IMG/VR virus record: IMGVR_UViG_3300023199_000021
Span: 66,846-130,845 of that record
Origin: a virus
Length of the DNA: 64,000 nt
Direction: 5' to 3' (one strand)
Position numbers and translations under genes: made by a program. Below the pieces are notes generated by a model. It saw only the letters and a list, made by a program, of their open reading frames with translations, had not been told where the DNA came from and ran no database searches. Position 1 is the first letter of the stretch; the number at the start of each line of letters is the position of its first letter. Shown here one piece after another: positions 40,720 to 50,079 of the stretch.

Positions 40720-41201
40720 TTCATCACCTTAGCCATTTGTAGATTCTTAAAGAGGTCACTCATATTCTTAACTGACGTAGCTAAGAATGTAAGACGGTCC
40801 ACTCTTTGTTGTGCATATGATTTTAGTTTCAATAGACCTTTGGCAAAGTCATCATCCTTGATAGCTTGGTGAAACTGGCTATCCCAAGACCCAACGTATT
40901 GTTGTTCCTTGCCAGAGATTAGTTTCTTCAAACGGTTTTCAGCCCATTTTACTCTGGCTGTTTCTCTATTCAAACATCGTTGTAAATGAAACGAGAATCC
41001 CCCTAGTGCCAACGCTATCTCGGCACACTGTTCGACACCTAGCTTCTCCATTTGCTCACGGCTCATAGAAAGATATTGCTTTACGTCATCGTCAACAACA
41101 TCTTCAATGAATCCCGGCAAACCAATTTTCTTCTCGTATTCATCTAAAGCGGAATCGAGAATCTGCATTTGCCCTAGCGGTGTTCTATCCTGTTCTTCCA
41201 T
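40716..41201 (-). CDS. Helical protein, possibly UvsY-like recombination mediator
   Basis: Coiled-coil, located near recA and dnaB. Confidence 0.4.
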   Translation of the reverse strand: MEEQDRTPLGQMQILDSALDEYEKKIGLPGFIEDVVDDDVKQYLSMSREQMEKLGVEQCAEIALALGGFSFHLQRCLNRETARVKWAENRLKKLISGKEQQYVGSWDSQFHQAIKDDDFAKGLLKLKSYAQQRVDRLTFLATSVKNMSDLFKNLQMAKVMK

Positions 41202-41584
41202 TCTTCTTCCTTCTCATTATATGGCAATTCAATATAGGTAATGTTGTTGAGTTCACACCAATCCTTCTTGTCAATGTCACGCTTCTTCTGTTCTAAAAAG
41301 TCGCGTGCTGAGGAATGGAACAGACTACTAAATTTATAGTGCTGCTCGCCGTGAACTTCAACGCAAAGCTTGATCTGATTAATGTAGAAATCGAGATACT
41401 GAGTTCTTCCCGGCCTACAATTCACTGGAGCTTCTTCAAGGATTTGCATGGTAGGAAATAGCTCGTAAAGGATTCGTCTAGCTTGATTATGAAGCTTTGA
41501 TCTAGACTTGGAATCGTTTCCCGTAACTATTTCCCCACGCAATTTCCATTTACCTATGTTGCCAGCTAAGTCTCTTACTTTCAT
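41174..41584 (-). CDS. Vsr/PD-(D/E)XK-like endonuclease
   Basis: LDFYI..EVHGEQHY..RD..K..WC; ATGA-coupled start MKVRDL. Confidence 0.7.
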   Translation of the reverse strand: MKVRDLAGNIGKWKLRGEIVTGNDSKSRSKLHNQARRILYELFPTMQILEEAPVNCRPGRTQYLDFYINQIKLCVEVHGEQHYKFSSLFHSSARDFLEQKKRDIDKKDWCELNNITYIELPYNEKEEEWKNRIEHR

Positions 41585-42612
41585 GCTGCTAACATTACCT
41601 TGTTTGCATTCAATATTGCGAAGCCTTCGGTATTCCAAACCATACCTTGACCCTTGTAGGGCGTGATATTTCTATGAAACACGGTTGGGTCGGTGATTTC
41701 TGTGTTGATGAAAGAATCTCTCGTTCCCAAATCCAATACTACTCCGAAATCTTTCTCTGGCTCGTACCAAGACAGTTCGGGAGCGTGATTTACCTTGACT
41801 CCAAGCACACACATGGATTTGTCGCAGTTCAGAATGTCCTTTTCGATATGCACTTGCTCAAACATTTTGTAGTAGGTATGAGTAGGAACAAAGATATCGG
41901 TTGCTCTATTTCTGAATGGGCTAGAACTATCTCTACAGTCATTTCTTCGCATAGCAGTTTTACAAATACCGATTGTGCGTTGTACATCGGTAAAGTCTTC
42001 AATGGTAGGACCAGTGTTTTGCTTACTCGCTGCCATCAAAACATCCCATGCACCCTTTGCCATTTTCTTACGCATGGAATGGGCAATCTCTTGGACCCAC
42101 ATGCTTACCCTATCCCACTTGCCAATCATATTACTGAATTCAAAATTAATCCAGTCTCCTTCAAAGTCTGATTGTGGGACAAGAACATAGTCTACACTGT
42201 CATTGTCAATAACAACATTCTTGTTTTCATCAAGAAAAACAATGGGGTTGTTGACGTTTAATGTAGTAAGACCGTTCTTCTCTCGATGGAACGCTAGAAG
42301 GTCAAGCGGAAACTTTGGGATTTCTCCCGGTTGAATCTTTACTTTCTCGTAAATTTTCTGATAAGAAAAACCAAATCTTTCGATATCGGTTTTCATTACC
42401 TTGTGAGCGGCCTGAATGATATCCTCAAACGAAGCTTGTTTGATAATGCTCTCTGCCTTTTCCCTAAGAACAGGTAGTTCTCTCAGGTGAGCATCAAAGC
42501 TATCGTTATCTACTTCACCTAGATGTTGTTTTACTAGATCAAGCGATGGAAGAATAGGTGCTGCGGCAAATATCGCAGCTACGCTTTTTACAAAGTCACG
42601 CCTATCAAGCAT
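41581..42612 (-). CDS. Tat-signal-bearing diverged major capsid protein paralog
   Basis: N-terminus DRRDFV plus hydrophobic stretch. Body motifs PKFPLDLLA, DYVLVP, KKM..G.W..LMAA, KTAMRRN, TDIFV, LDL..RDSFI, EGFAILN.NKV match the large-phage MCP family as recalled. Confidence 0.7.
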   Translation of the reverse strand: MLDRRDFVKSVAAIFAAAPILPSLDLVKQHLGEVDNDSFDAHLRELPVLREKAESIIKQASFEDIIQAAHKVMKTDIERFGFSYQKIYEKVKIQPGEIPKFPLDLLAFHREKNGLTTLNVNNPIVFLDENKNVVIDNDSVDYVLVPQSDFEGDWINFEFSNMIGKWDRVSMWVQEIAHSMRKKMAKGAWDVLMAASKQNTGPTIEDFTDVQRTIGICKTAMRRNDCRDSSSPFRNRATDIFVPTHTYYKMFEQVHIEKDILNCDKSMCVLGVKVNHAPELSWYEPEKDFGVVLDLGTRDSFINTEITDPTVFHRNITPYKGQGMVWNTEGFAILNANKVMLAA

Positions 42613-42697
42613 GATGAATTCCTAAGATAGTATGTTTGTTGTTTAGACAAGAGACACCGACAGCACCCAACACTTTAATAAAATCTCTACGCTGCAT
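42605..42697 (-). CDS. 30-aa Tat-signal-only peptide
   Basis: MQRRDFIKVLGAVGVSCLNNKHTILGIHHA*; overlaps the recA stop and the next start. Confidence 0.55.
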   Translation of the reverse strand: MQRRDFIKVLGAVGVSCLNNKHTILGIHHA

Positions 42698-43688
42698 GTT
42701 CCATTCCTATCATTTCGAATACTTGTTGTCTTAGTTCATTGTAGTATTCAGGATTTTCCTCTAGGTATGTAGCAAAGTTTGCCATACCCTGAACCTTCTC
42801 ACCATTAGGCAAGGTCAACCAAGTTTTTCCTTCAACTACGCCAAAGTCCTTGGCTAGCTCTGCTAGCTCATACTCATTCCAAATACCTCGACCGTATTTG
42901 ATAATGCTAGTCACTTTTTGACCGGGAGGCCCAATGGCTGAGTTTTCTACAATCCAGTGAACCTTCTGTCCAATTTGTGTTTCCCCCTGCTTCAACGCTT
43001 CCTTGTGCGTTGCCCACAACTTTACGTCCTGAGCATACTTCAAAGCGTTACCTGATTTCTCAGTCTTACTTTTACCTGCTCCGAACTTCTGAATGTTAGC
43101 CATCAAGTGTGTAATACCTACGAGGGTTACACGGTTAATAGGTAGAACATTAGCGAATCGCCTAGTGAACTTAGCAAGATAGCGATTCATAGCGGCAACT
43201 TGAGTGTCGGTGATATCACCAACAAGTTCGTCTTCTGCTGCTAGTGCAGAGAAAGAGTCTATCACGCATACAGCGTGTGGTTCATTATGAATGATATTGT
43301 CAAAGATGGCAAGGTATTTTTCACCCGAAAGAATGTTGCCTTTCGTGGAACCAACAACTTTTAATCCTTCGGGTGAATAGTCCAATCCATGAATACCTTC
43401 GAGGTCACGCTTTTTCAATCGTCCTTCGATATTGCCATAATAGATTTTGCGTTTTGCTTCTGATTCGGTCGCCACCTTTTGTGCATTTTTACAAAATTGC
43501 AAAGCTTGTACAGTCTTACCCACTTTTTCTGGTCCTGTCATGATAAACAGACAGCCTTCGGGGACACCGCCCCCCAAGGCTATATCTATTTTAGGGCTCA
43601 CCGAAATTAACGGAGGCGGATTATCGACGATGTAAGACGCTTCAAGTAGCACGTCACCATACTCTTTAATAATGTCTTTTTCTGTCAT
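42687..43688 (-). CDS. recA: RecA/UvsX-like recombinase
   Basis: GGGVP, GPEKVGKT, IDSFSAL, SGNALKY. Confidence 0.88.
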   Translation of the reverse strand: MTEKDIIKEYGDVLLEASYIVDNPPPLISVSPKIDIALGGGVPEGCLFIMTGPEKVGKTVQALQFCKNAQKVATESEAKRKIYYGNIEGRLKKRDLEGIHGLDYSPEGLKVVGSTKGNILSGEKYLAIFDNIIHNEPHAVCVIDSFSALAAEDELVGDITDTQVAAMNRYLAKFTRRFANVLPINRVTLVGITHLMANIQKFGAGKSKTEKSGNALKYAQDVKLWATHKEALKQGETQIGQKVHWIVENSAIGPPGQKVTSIIKYGRGIWNEYELAELAKDFGVVEGKTWLTLPNGEKVQGMANFATYLEENPEYYNELRQQVFEMIGMEHAA

Positions 43689-44119
43689 TCCAAATCCTTG
43701 AGTTTTGATATAACTGACTTCTTGTTATTGTTAGTGTCAAAGGTTTTCTTTTCCGAGAAGTCATACTCAACCTTTTGGGCAATCTTACGTGCGATTTCTG
43801 CTTTGTCTTTGTATTCTTTGACAACCTTTTCAAGCCAAGGACTACGTAAGGAATACGTCTTCCATGTACGGTTGTCTTGCAGAGCAGAGATTACAGCGTG
43901 TTCCCCATATTCTTTGATAAGCTTATTGGCAAGAGTAATTTGGTATCTGTAGAACTTAAGCCATTCTTTTAATTCCCAGAACTTTAGAGGAAGTTCCTTG
44001 TTTTCTGTTTTTGCTTTTTTCTCACAGATTAGCTCAGTGATATACTGTGCCGCATGTACCCACTCTCGCGGTGAATAGCGGGATGGGTACTTACTTTTTT
44101 CAGTTCTTTGTTTGGCCAT
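43685..44119 (-). CDS. Conserved hypothetical phage protein
   Basis: AAQYITELICE, YSLRSPW. Confidence 0.6.
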   Translation of the reverse strand: MAKQRTEKSKYPSRYSPREWVHAAQYITELICEKKAKTENKELPLKFWELKEWLKFYRYQITLANKLIKEYGEHAVISALQDNRTWKTYSLRSPWLEKVVKEYKDKAEIARKIAQKVEYDFSEKKTFDTNNNKKSVISKLKDLE

Positions 44120-44456
44120 CGTCTTTGGAGATAATATGAGTAGTCGGTTTGAACCTTTTTACAATTTTACTCTGCTTTTTACCTCTCGTTAGCTCTGATC
44201 TGGAAGATTCTGCCTCGGTCATAATGCTGACGCCCCTGTTGTTTTGGGCAGCGGTACGACGAACAAACTGGGTAGGATTCTTTTTGCCAGATTCCTCTTG
44301 AACTTCTTCTTCCGGTTCAAATACTGAATCCACATGCTTTTGTACAGCCTGTGAGCTACGCCCCAAGAAGTCTGCGATTTCATCAATCTCATTATCTTGT
44401 TCGTACATGGTTTCAATAGTGAACTTTTCTGCTTTACTTAATCTACCTTTAGCCAT
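44100..44456 (-). CDS. HTH-containing protein
   Basis: IDEIADFLGRSSQAV; IMTEAES. Confidence 0.55.
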   Translation of the reverse strand: MAKGRLSKAEKFTIETMYEQDNEIDEIADFLGRSSQAVQKHVDSVFEPEEEVQEESGKKNPTQFVRRTAAQNNRGVSIMTEAESSRSELTRGKKQSKIVKRFKPTTHIISKDDGQTKN

Positions 44457-44857
44457 TACACTTCCCTTTCTGCGTTACGAAGCCACGCCGAATTTTTTGT
44501 TTGAAGAAATTTGATATAGTAATTGAAGACCTTACTACTGGTCGCCTCGAATCTCCATTCTGGCCTGCCAGCGTGTCGCATCTGCTTGTTTTTAGTTCCC
44601 TCTGTGTACATGCCAATCGGATTATAAAGATGGCCGTGACGCCCACGCTTTACGTAATACGTGGTAAGTCTGCCCTTTGTAATCTTTAAGGCATACGCAT
44701 CTGGTGAGGAAAATAAATCTTCTAAGTCTTCCTCGCCAATCTCTATCATTGGATAGCCCTGATCATCCATAAAGTCATGCTCACCTTTGAAAGTGTAAGC
44801 TGAGATTAGAATGTCAGACGGGTCTTCTTTGTCTCTGTCGATTTTAAAAGTGGTCAT
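44456..44857 (-). CDS. Conserved hypothetical phage protein
   Basis: LYNPIG, YIKFL.TKN.AWL.NAERE. Confidence 0.6.
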   Translation of the reverse strand: MTTFKIDRDKEDPSDILISAYTFKGEHDFMDDQGYPMIEIGEEDLEDLFSSPDAYALKITKGRLTTYYVKRGRHGHLYNPIGMYTEGTKNKQMRHAGRPEWRFEATSSKVFNYYIKFLQTKNSAWLRNAEREV

Positions 44858-45240
44858 TTACCCTTCCTTTTCTTTTTAGCGTCTTGTTTTGAAATACGAG
44901 GCATATCGCTATTTGTTTTAGCTCGACTCATACCGGATGGTAGTTCTTTTATTCCAGTGTTAGGGTTCTTCTTTGTCTTATAGCTACGTAGCTTTGCATC
45001 ACGTTCGTCACGACTTAGTTTGGCAGTTTGTTTGTCTGCATATTCACCCAGAGTCGTTGCTTCGTGAAGGCCCTTGACATAGTTTGGAACAATACGGTCT
45101 GCACCGTAGTCCCTCAATACCCTCTTACTTTTGCATTCGGGGCATTTTACCTTTTTGATTTTTTCGTCGTATTCTGCTATTGAGAATACTGAGGTAAAAG
45201 CTACCTCACACTTTTCACATTCAAAACTATATTCCGGCAT
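44854..45240 (-). CDS. FmdB-family Zn-ribbon protein
   Basis: MPEYSFECEKC...CPECKS. Confidence 0.75.
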   Translation of the reverse strand: MPEYSFECEKCEVAFTSVFSIAEYDEKIKKVKCPECKSKRVLRDYGADRIVPNYVKGLHEATTLGEYADKQTAKLSRDERDAKLRSYKTKKNPNTGIKELPSGMSRAKTNSDMPRISKQDAKKKRKGK

Positions 45241-45478
45241 TACGAATTGTCCCCCATGCGTCGTCGTCCATTTTCTTTTTGAATCCTTCTTCTATAATTT
45301 TCATGGCACGTCCTACAACGTCCCAGCTTCCGATTTCAGATTCAGTTTTAACAGGGAAATTCACATACTTATGATAAGATGTTTTGCGACCCAATTCGCA
45401 AATTTCTTCCCTGTCTAGGTTACAAGATACACCAATGTTTTGAAAGTGGGGTGAATTATTTCCCAAACCACCATGCAT
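45227..45478 (-). CDS. Hypothetical protein, possibly frameshifted at upstream A7 run
   Basis: Frame is open upstream (KERDPRIFYPEKQIEM) as far as a TAA inside the A7 run. DREEI.ELG.K..Y.K.VNFPV resembles part of the tail tube sequence. Confidence 0.45.
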   Translation of the reverse strand: MHGGLGNNSPHFQNIGVSCNLDREEICELGRKTSYHKYVNFPVKTESEIGSWDVVGRAMKIIEEGFKKKMDDDAWGTIRNAGI

Positions 45479-45560
45479 TTCTATCTGCTTTTCAGGATAG
45501 AAGATACGTGGGTCACGCTCCTTTTTTTAGGAACGTCTGTAATTGTTTTTTTTGCACAAG

Positions 45561-45595
45561 AAAAAGGCAACGCCCTCGCAAGTGGGAGTGCTGCC
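45561..45595 (-). terminator. Intrinsic terminator
   Basis: GGCAGCACTCCC-ACTTGCGA-GGGCGTTGCC followed by TTTTT. Confidence 0.65.
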
Positions 45596-45613
45596 AATAG
45601 TTTGTTGGAATCT

Positions 45614-45841
45614 CTACGTTTCATTTTCATCCTCTAAGAAGTGCCCTTGAACGTCCAAACACTTTTTACAGTAAACCTTCGCTGCTCGAATTTCTACCGC
45701 ATCTGGAGAAAGTTTCAGGCCGTACCCTAAATAGTCTTTGCGGTATCGACCTGCCACTTCCACGTCAGGTATTATTACTGTTACTTTATCTCCATGTTCG
45801 AGCATACGATGGCAATTGTCGCACCGTTTAAGCTCGTACAT
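45614..45841 (-). CDS. Small Zn-binding protein
   Basis: CDNC...YCKKC. Confidence 0.6.
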   Translation of the reverse strand: MYELKRCDNCHRMLEHGDKVTVIIPDVEVAGRYRKDYLGYGLKLSPDAVEIRAAKVYCKKCLDVQGHFLEDENET

Positions 45842-46376
45842 ATGTTCTCCATTCTTTTGGCATGGTAGACCAAGGAGACATACCAGTGTAGAACTTGCTT
45901 GGATCAGGTTCGTGTGGTATAGACAGCAACTTCATTCCAGCTTGGTCTAGAGTTCTATCGTCCTTGCGAGAGTTGCAACGCAGACACGCGATTACCGTGT
46001 TCTCCCAAGTATGAGCCTCTTTTGGTTTTGCAAAATGGCTTTTGGGCTTAACGTGATCGATAGTAGCAACCTTTGGTGCCAATTCTTCACCGCAGTATTG
46101 ACAGCTACGGTTGTCACGAATCAACAGATTACGCTTCTTAAGAGCAATCTTACGACGACGCTTTACATAACGATTAGCTACAGCAACAGCCGGTACTGGA
46201 AATAGATCGCCGCCAGCAGACTCAACAATATCGTCTTCGTAGTATTCGATTACTCGAACACCTTCTCCCGGCATTTCTTTTCCAATAATTTGCAAGCATA
46301 ATGCTCTTTTCCAACTGATCACAACCAAAGGTGTGTAGTCTTGGTTCAAGATCAAACAAGGTTCGTGCTTAGCCAT
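45828..46376 (-). CDS. HNH endonuclease (McrA-like)
   Basis: LILN.DY.PL, RD..SCQYCG, TIDHVKP, WEN.V.AC..CN..K. Confidence 0.9.
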   Translation of the reverse strand: MAKHEPCLILNQDYTPLVVISWKRALCLQIIGKEMPGEGVRVIEYYEDDIVESAGGDLFPVPAVAVANRYVKRRRKIALKKRNLLIRDNRSCQYCGEELAPKVATIDHVKPKSHFAKPKEAHTWENTVIACLRCNSRKDDRTLDQAGMKLLSIPHEPDPSKFYTGMSPWSTMPKEWRTYVRA

Positions 46377-46485
46377 TTTAAAAAGTCCATATCAAAAAAA
46401 GTAAAGTTTAGTTTCCCGAAAAGAGAAGCTACTCCAATTATAGCCGGTTCTCTCTGTCTTCGGGCGTTTTTCCGTAGGTTTTTGC

Positions 46486-47328
46486 TTATTTTTTCAGCCT
46501 CAATTTACTGACCTGATCCACCGTTTCATGTTTTGGATGCGTCGAACAGTGAATCAGAATTGGTTTTAGTTGCAAGAATGTCTTCAATGTCATCTGAGTA
46601 ATGGGTTCTCTGCTAAATCTTGGAGGATAGAAAACTTCATCAAACAGCTTGGAGTTCATGACTATCTCTAAAAGTATCTCGTCGTTGAACACCGCTGGGT
46701 TTTTAGGCCAAAAGTGTTTGTTTGCTTTGTTTGTTTTGTTTATTATTTCTACGAAGTGGTCTTCGTTAGTTGGGTCTAGCCCATTGTCTCGTAAGAAAGC
46801 GAGCATCTTGTCACAGTTCTCATGAGAAAAGGAATTGAATCCGCTGCCACAAGTTTTGTATTCGTCAACATCTATATCGTGCAATAGGTTCGACACATAG
46901 TACTTGAAGAAGTACATTGTGCTAGCGGTTATTGGTCCCTTTCTATTTATCACAGAATGAGGCATGTAGACTTTATCCCAGTCTAGAACATCGAAGTAGT
47001 TTTCTTCGTCGCTTACTGAGACAATATCCATATCTAGAAACAACGCCTGATCATAATCAGAATCGGAAAAGGTATAGAATCTGGAAATCTTACGAAGCGT
47101 TGCTCTCCACCAAGAGTTAACTGAATCGGCATAACTACAATGTTTCTCTACAAAGCTTTCAATTTTAGCCATGTATTCGTTATCTAATCCTACCCACTGT
47201 ATCTCGATTCCGAATCTTTTAAAGTAGTTGGAAAGGTTCTCTTTAGCTTTCCTTTGCCAATTACCAAAGCCATAACTACCATCTGCTAGTCGCGGATACG
47301 TGTCTTGAATGTATACTGTTCTTTTCAT
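46486..47328 (-). CDS. GT-A (GT8/GT34-like) glycosyltransferase
   Basis: YDQALFLDMDI DxD motif, SGF, NDE, LIH. Confidence 0.6.
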   Translation of the reverse strand: MKRTVYIQDTYPRLADGSYGFGNWQRKAKENLSNYFKRFGIEIQWVGLDNEYMAKIESFVEKHCSYADSVNSWWRATLRKISRFYTFSDSDYDQALFLDMDIVSVSDEENYFDVLDWDKVYMPHSVINRKGPITASTMYFFKYYVSNLLHDIDVDEYKTCGSGFNSFSHENCDKMLAFLRDNGLDPTNEDHFVEIINKTNKANKHFWPKNPAVFNDEILLEIVMNSKLFDEVFYPPRFSREPITQMTLKTFLQLKPILIHCSTHPKHETVDQVSKLRLKK

Positions 47329-47329
47329 G

Positions 47330-48025
47330 TTATTTTCTTATAGCTAAGGCTGTTCCTGTAATAATGACTCGACGATCCAATCCTACTGCAAAAGGACCAT
47401 TAGGCTTTTTTGCTTCTTCTTCATTGATTTCGATACCGCGTTCTTCGGCAAATTCAATTACCGCTCTCTTAGCACCGGGACATTTCCAAAAGGCATAGTC
47501 GTCCATCATTATGATACCGTCATCTACCAATCTCTCCCAAGTATTCTCCATAGAAAACTTAGTTGCTTTATACAGGTCTACATCTATAAAAGAAAAAGAA
47601 ATCTTATCAGGCAAGTCTTCTTCTACTAAATCTAATATATTTTTGTTGTGTATTTCTGGCAGTTCCATATTTCGGCTTTGAAACATATCTATGAACTTGT
47701 CAATATCCCATTTTAGATCACCCTCCTTGAATGGTGTTGGTTCTACCCAATCAAATATTGGACTATCTGTTATTTCTTCATCAAATTCGTGCAGGTTTGT
47801 TAAACCCTGCCAATGATCATAACAATGTAGTTTCTTCTCAGGACAAAGACTATCTATGATAGCTTTCATGAAGACAGAACTGGATCCGCGAAAGCACCCG
47901 AACTCTGTAACGTCGCCTTCTAATTCTTTTGTTCTGTCGAGATATAGGGCAATGGCGAATTTTCTTTCCGAAGTAGTAACCTGCCGATTGCAAACCAAGA
48001 ATTGTATAAAGTTTTTTAGTTCCAT
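47330..48025 (-). CDS. TylF/MycF family O-methyltransferase
   Basis: GDVTEFGCFRG, YDHWQG, FIDVDLY, DDY..CPGAK.AV. Confidence 0.88.
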   Translation of the reverse strand: MELKNFIQFLVCNRQVTTSERKFAIALYLDRTKELEGDVTEFGCFRGSSSVFMKAIIDSLCPEKKLHCYDHWQGLTNLHEFDEEITDSPIFDWVEPTPFKEGDLKWDIDKFIDMFQSRNMELPEIHNKNILDLVEEDLPDKISFSFIDVDLYKATKFSMENTWERLVDDGIIMMDDYAFWKCPGAKRAVIEFAEERGIEINEEEAKKPNGPFAVGLDRRVIITGTALAIRK

Positions 48026-48035
48026 ATATTCCCCC

Positions 48036-48069
48036 AAAAAAATAGGGCCACGTTATTACACATGGCCCC
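48036..48069 (-). terminator. Intrinsic terminator
   Basis: GGGCCATG...CGTGGCCC followed by TATTTTTT. Confidence 0.7.
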
Positions 48070-48095
48070 GTAACTGTTCGATTATCTCTAGCGAT

Positions 48096-48422
48096 CTAGT
48101 TAGATGGCTGAGGATTATTTGGTTCCGGCTCTGGCTTATGGATTTCATATGGCTTGACCAGCATAGGAAATACTTCTTGCAACTTAGCACAGGCTTTATG
48201 CAGTTCATGCTCATGGCAACAATCTGCCAAACACTCCCACTTGCTAACCAACGATGTTAGATCATGATCAGGCTTTGCATCAGGTTCCACGCTTGGTGCT
48301 ACATTCTTATTGCTAAAGCCCAACTTCTCAGAAATTGTAGGCCATAGCAGAAACAAACCACCTGCTAATAAAATCCATTGTAGAGCGTCTAGGCCCTTGA
48401 AAAATTCGATTATTTGATCCAT
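48096..48422 (-). CDS. Membrane-anchored hypothetical protein
   Basis: N-terminal TM; KWE.L...C...AC..L..VFP.L. Confidence 0.6.
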   Translation of the reverse strand: MDQIIEFFKGLDALQWILLAGGLFLLWPTISEKLGFSNKNVAPSVEPDAKPDHDLTSLVSKWECLADCCHEHELHKACAKLQEVFPMLVKPYEIHKPEPEPNNPQPSN

Positions 48423-48441
48423 GAGTTAAACTCCTTAGTTC

Positions 48442-48624
48442 TTACTTGGTTTCACGGACAGTGTCACCAACAATCCATGCTACCACGATGGTAGCGACAG
48501 CTACAACTTGCTCAGTATCTAACTTGATACCAAACATCTCTGAACTAACCACAGCGGCAAGACCGGCAGCGGCAACCCAGAAACGACGAGAAGTTAATAG
48601 TGATTTCAATTTGTTGTTTTCCAT
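48442..48624 (-). CDS. Holin-like two-TM protein
   Basis: SRRFW motif plus two hydrophobic helices, 60 aa. Confidence 0.6.
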   Translation of the reverse strand: MENNKLKSLLTSRRFWVAAAGLAAVVSSEMFGIKLDTEQVVAVATIVVAWIVGDTVRETK

Positions 48625-48628
48625 AGTT

Positions 48629-48988
48629 TTACCTCGCTAATGTAAACAGTTTTTTGCGTTCATCATCCGATAAGTTATACACTAAATTGTACAACGAATC
48701 GTAGATGTACTTCGCTTCTTCTTTACTTCTTGCTTCCTTTCGGACAAATCTCCAAAGAATCCACTTCTTTAAGATGTTCATTTTTGTGAGTGAATTAGCT
48801 GCTTTCGCTGTATCACTGTAGTACCATTCCAGAATGTACTTAACAATCTGTAATATGACTGATACTATAGTCAATATAATTACAGGATCAATACTAAACT
48901 TATCTTTAGCTGCTATTCGCTGTATATCATAGTATGCTCTGTCAGCTAATTCAGAAACAAAAGCTCTGTATTCTATCGTCTCAGCCAT
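48629..48988 (-). CDS. Membrane protein
   Basis: IDPVIILTIVSVILQIV TM segment. Confidence 0.55.
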   Translation of the reverse strand: MAETIEYRAFVSELADRAYYDIQRIAAKDKFSIDPVIILTIVSVILQIVKYILEWYYSDTAKAANSLTKMNILKKWILWRFVRKEARSKEEAKYIYDSLYNLVYNLSDDERKKLFTLAR

Positions 48989-50079
48989 CTTCTCAGTATA
49001 CCTCGTCTCATAGGAGTAGCACAATTACCATCAGGGCAATTGCTGTAGTTGTAAGTGTTGTAGTCCGATCTGGTTACAGTTCGTGATCTACTTGTGGTTG
49101 TGGTGCCACTTGGAGCGACAGCATAACCGTGTAGATAATCATGCAACCAGTATTGTTGATTGATTGTTAAAGTATCGACAAATGATGCAGGAACAGGGTT
49201 GTGTTCTCCCGGTGCCCCAGCCACCAAATGATACCTAACAGTCATGCCTATAACCCCAACTTGCGGACTGTAGTTAGCATAATTTGGAATCTCAAACCCA
49301 AAAGGGGAATTGCTTTCCAGGACGCTCACAGTTTCCTTACTACTACACTTGCACTCTCCATCACCGCAGCTACAGTTTCCACCACAATTACAACTGGAAC
49401 CAATAGCTGCTCCCTTGCAATTACAAGTGCCACCGTCTGCTACGCATGGGCAGGGTGTCTTGTGCCCGTCTCCGTGAACAATATATCCCTTACCTTCACA
49501 GGGGCAGTCTACATTGTCATCTGGACTAGGGTTGTCGTCTTCTTTATTATACTCCGCAATCGCCGCTAATGTCTTTGATTTATAATTTTCAAAGACTTCA
49601 TCTTGCGTTGGTTCATATAATTTCCAAGAGAAACCATATAGTAGTCTAGCCAGCTTCTTCTTTTCCTCCGATGTTAGAGGGGTTTCTTCGGTCTGAGGAC
49701 CAATCACAGAAGCAATTAGCTTAGCTGCTGACGGAGCAAAATCGGGATACTTTGGTGAAGACACATTGTTGTTCGTCACCATTAGTTCATCGCCCATTAC
49801 TTTTCTTCCTACAAAGTCCAAGAAGTATTGAACTTGTAGGTTAGAAGTTAGCTCTGTTTCTTCTAGTTTCTCTGACATAGTATAGAAAATACCAGACAAC
49901 TTGTTAGCGTCGATTTCATTTGAAATTGGTTCCAACGTATCGACTAGCTGAACGATTGCTTCTTCTGGCTTTTCTAGCTTATCTGGTGTGGGTGTAAATG
50001 GACTATTGTCACCGCCTTGATAAAACAAAGCAACTGCGATCAACAGAACACCTAGCCACATTCTTAATTCTTTACTCAT
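48973..50079 (-). CDS. Signal-anchored protein with metallothionein-like Cys cluster
   Basis: N-terminal TM; CPC.G.G..HGDGH.TPCPC..CNC..CNC..CSC..CKC; C-terminal CPDGNC..RRGILRRWLRR. Confidence 0.65.
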   Translation of the reverse strand: MSKELRMWLGVLLIAVALFYQGGDNSPFTPTPDKLEKPEEAIVQLVDTLEPISNEIDANKLSGIFYTMSEKLEETELTSNLQVQYFLDFVGRKVMGDELMVTNNNVSSPKYPDFAPSAAKLIASVIGPQTEETPLTSEEKKKLARLLYGFSWKLYEPTQDEVFENYKSKTLAAIAEYNKEDDNPSPDDNVDCPCEGKGYIVHGDGHKTPCPCVADGGTCNCKGAAIGSSCNCGGNCSCGDGECKCSSKETVSVLESNSPFGFEIPNYANYSPQVGVIGMTVRYHLVAGAPGEHNPVPASFVDTLTINQQYWLHDYLHGYAVAPSGTTTTSRSRTVTRSDYNTYNYSNCPDGNCATPMRRGILRRWLRR

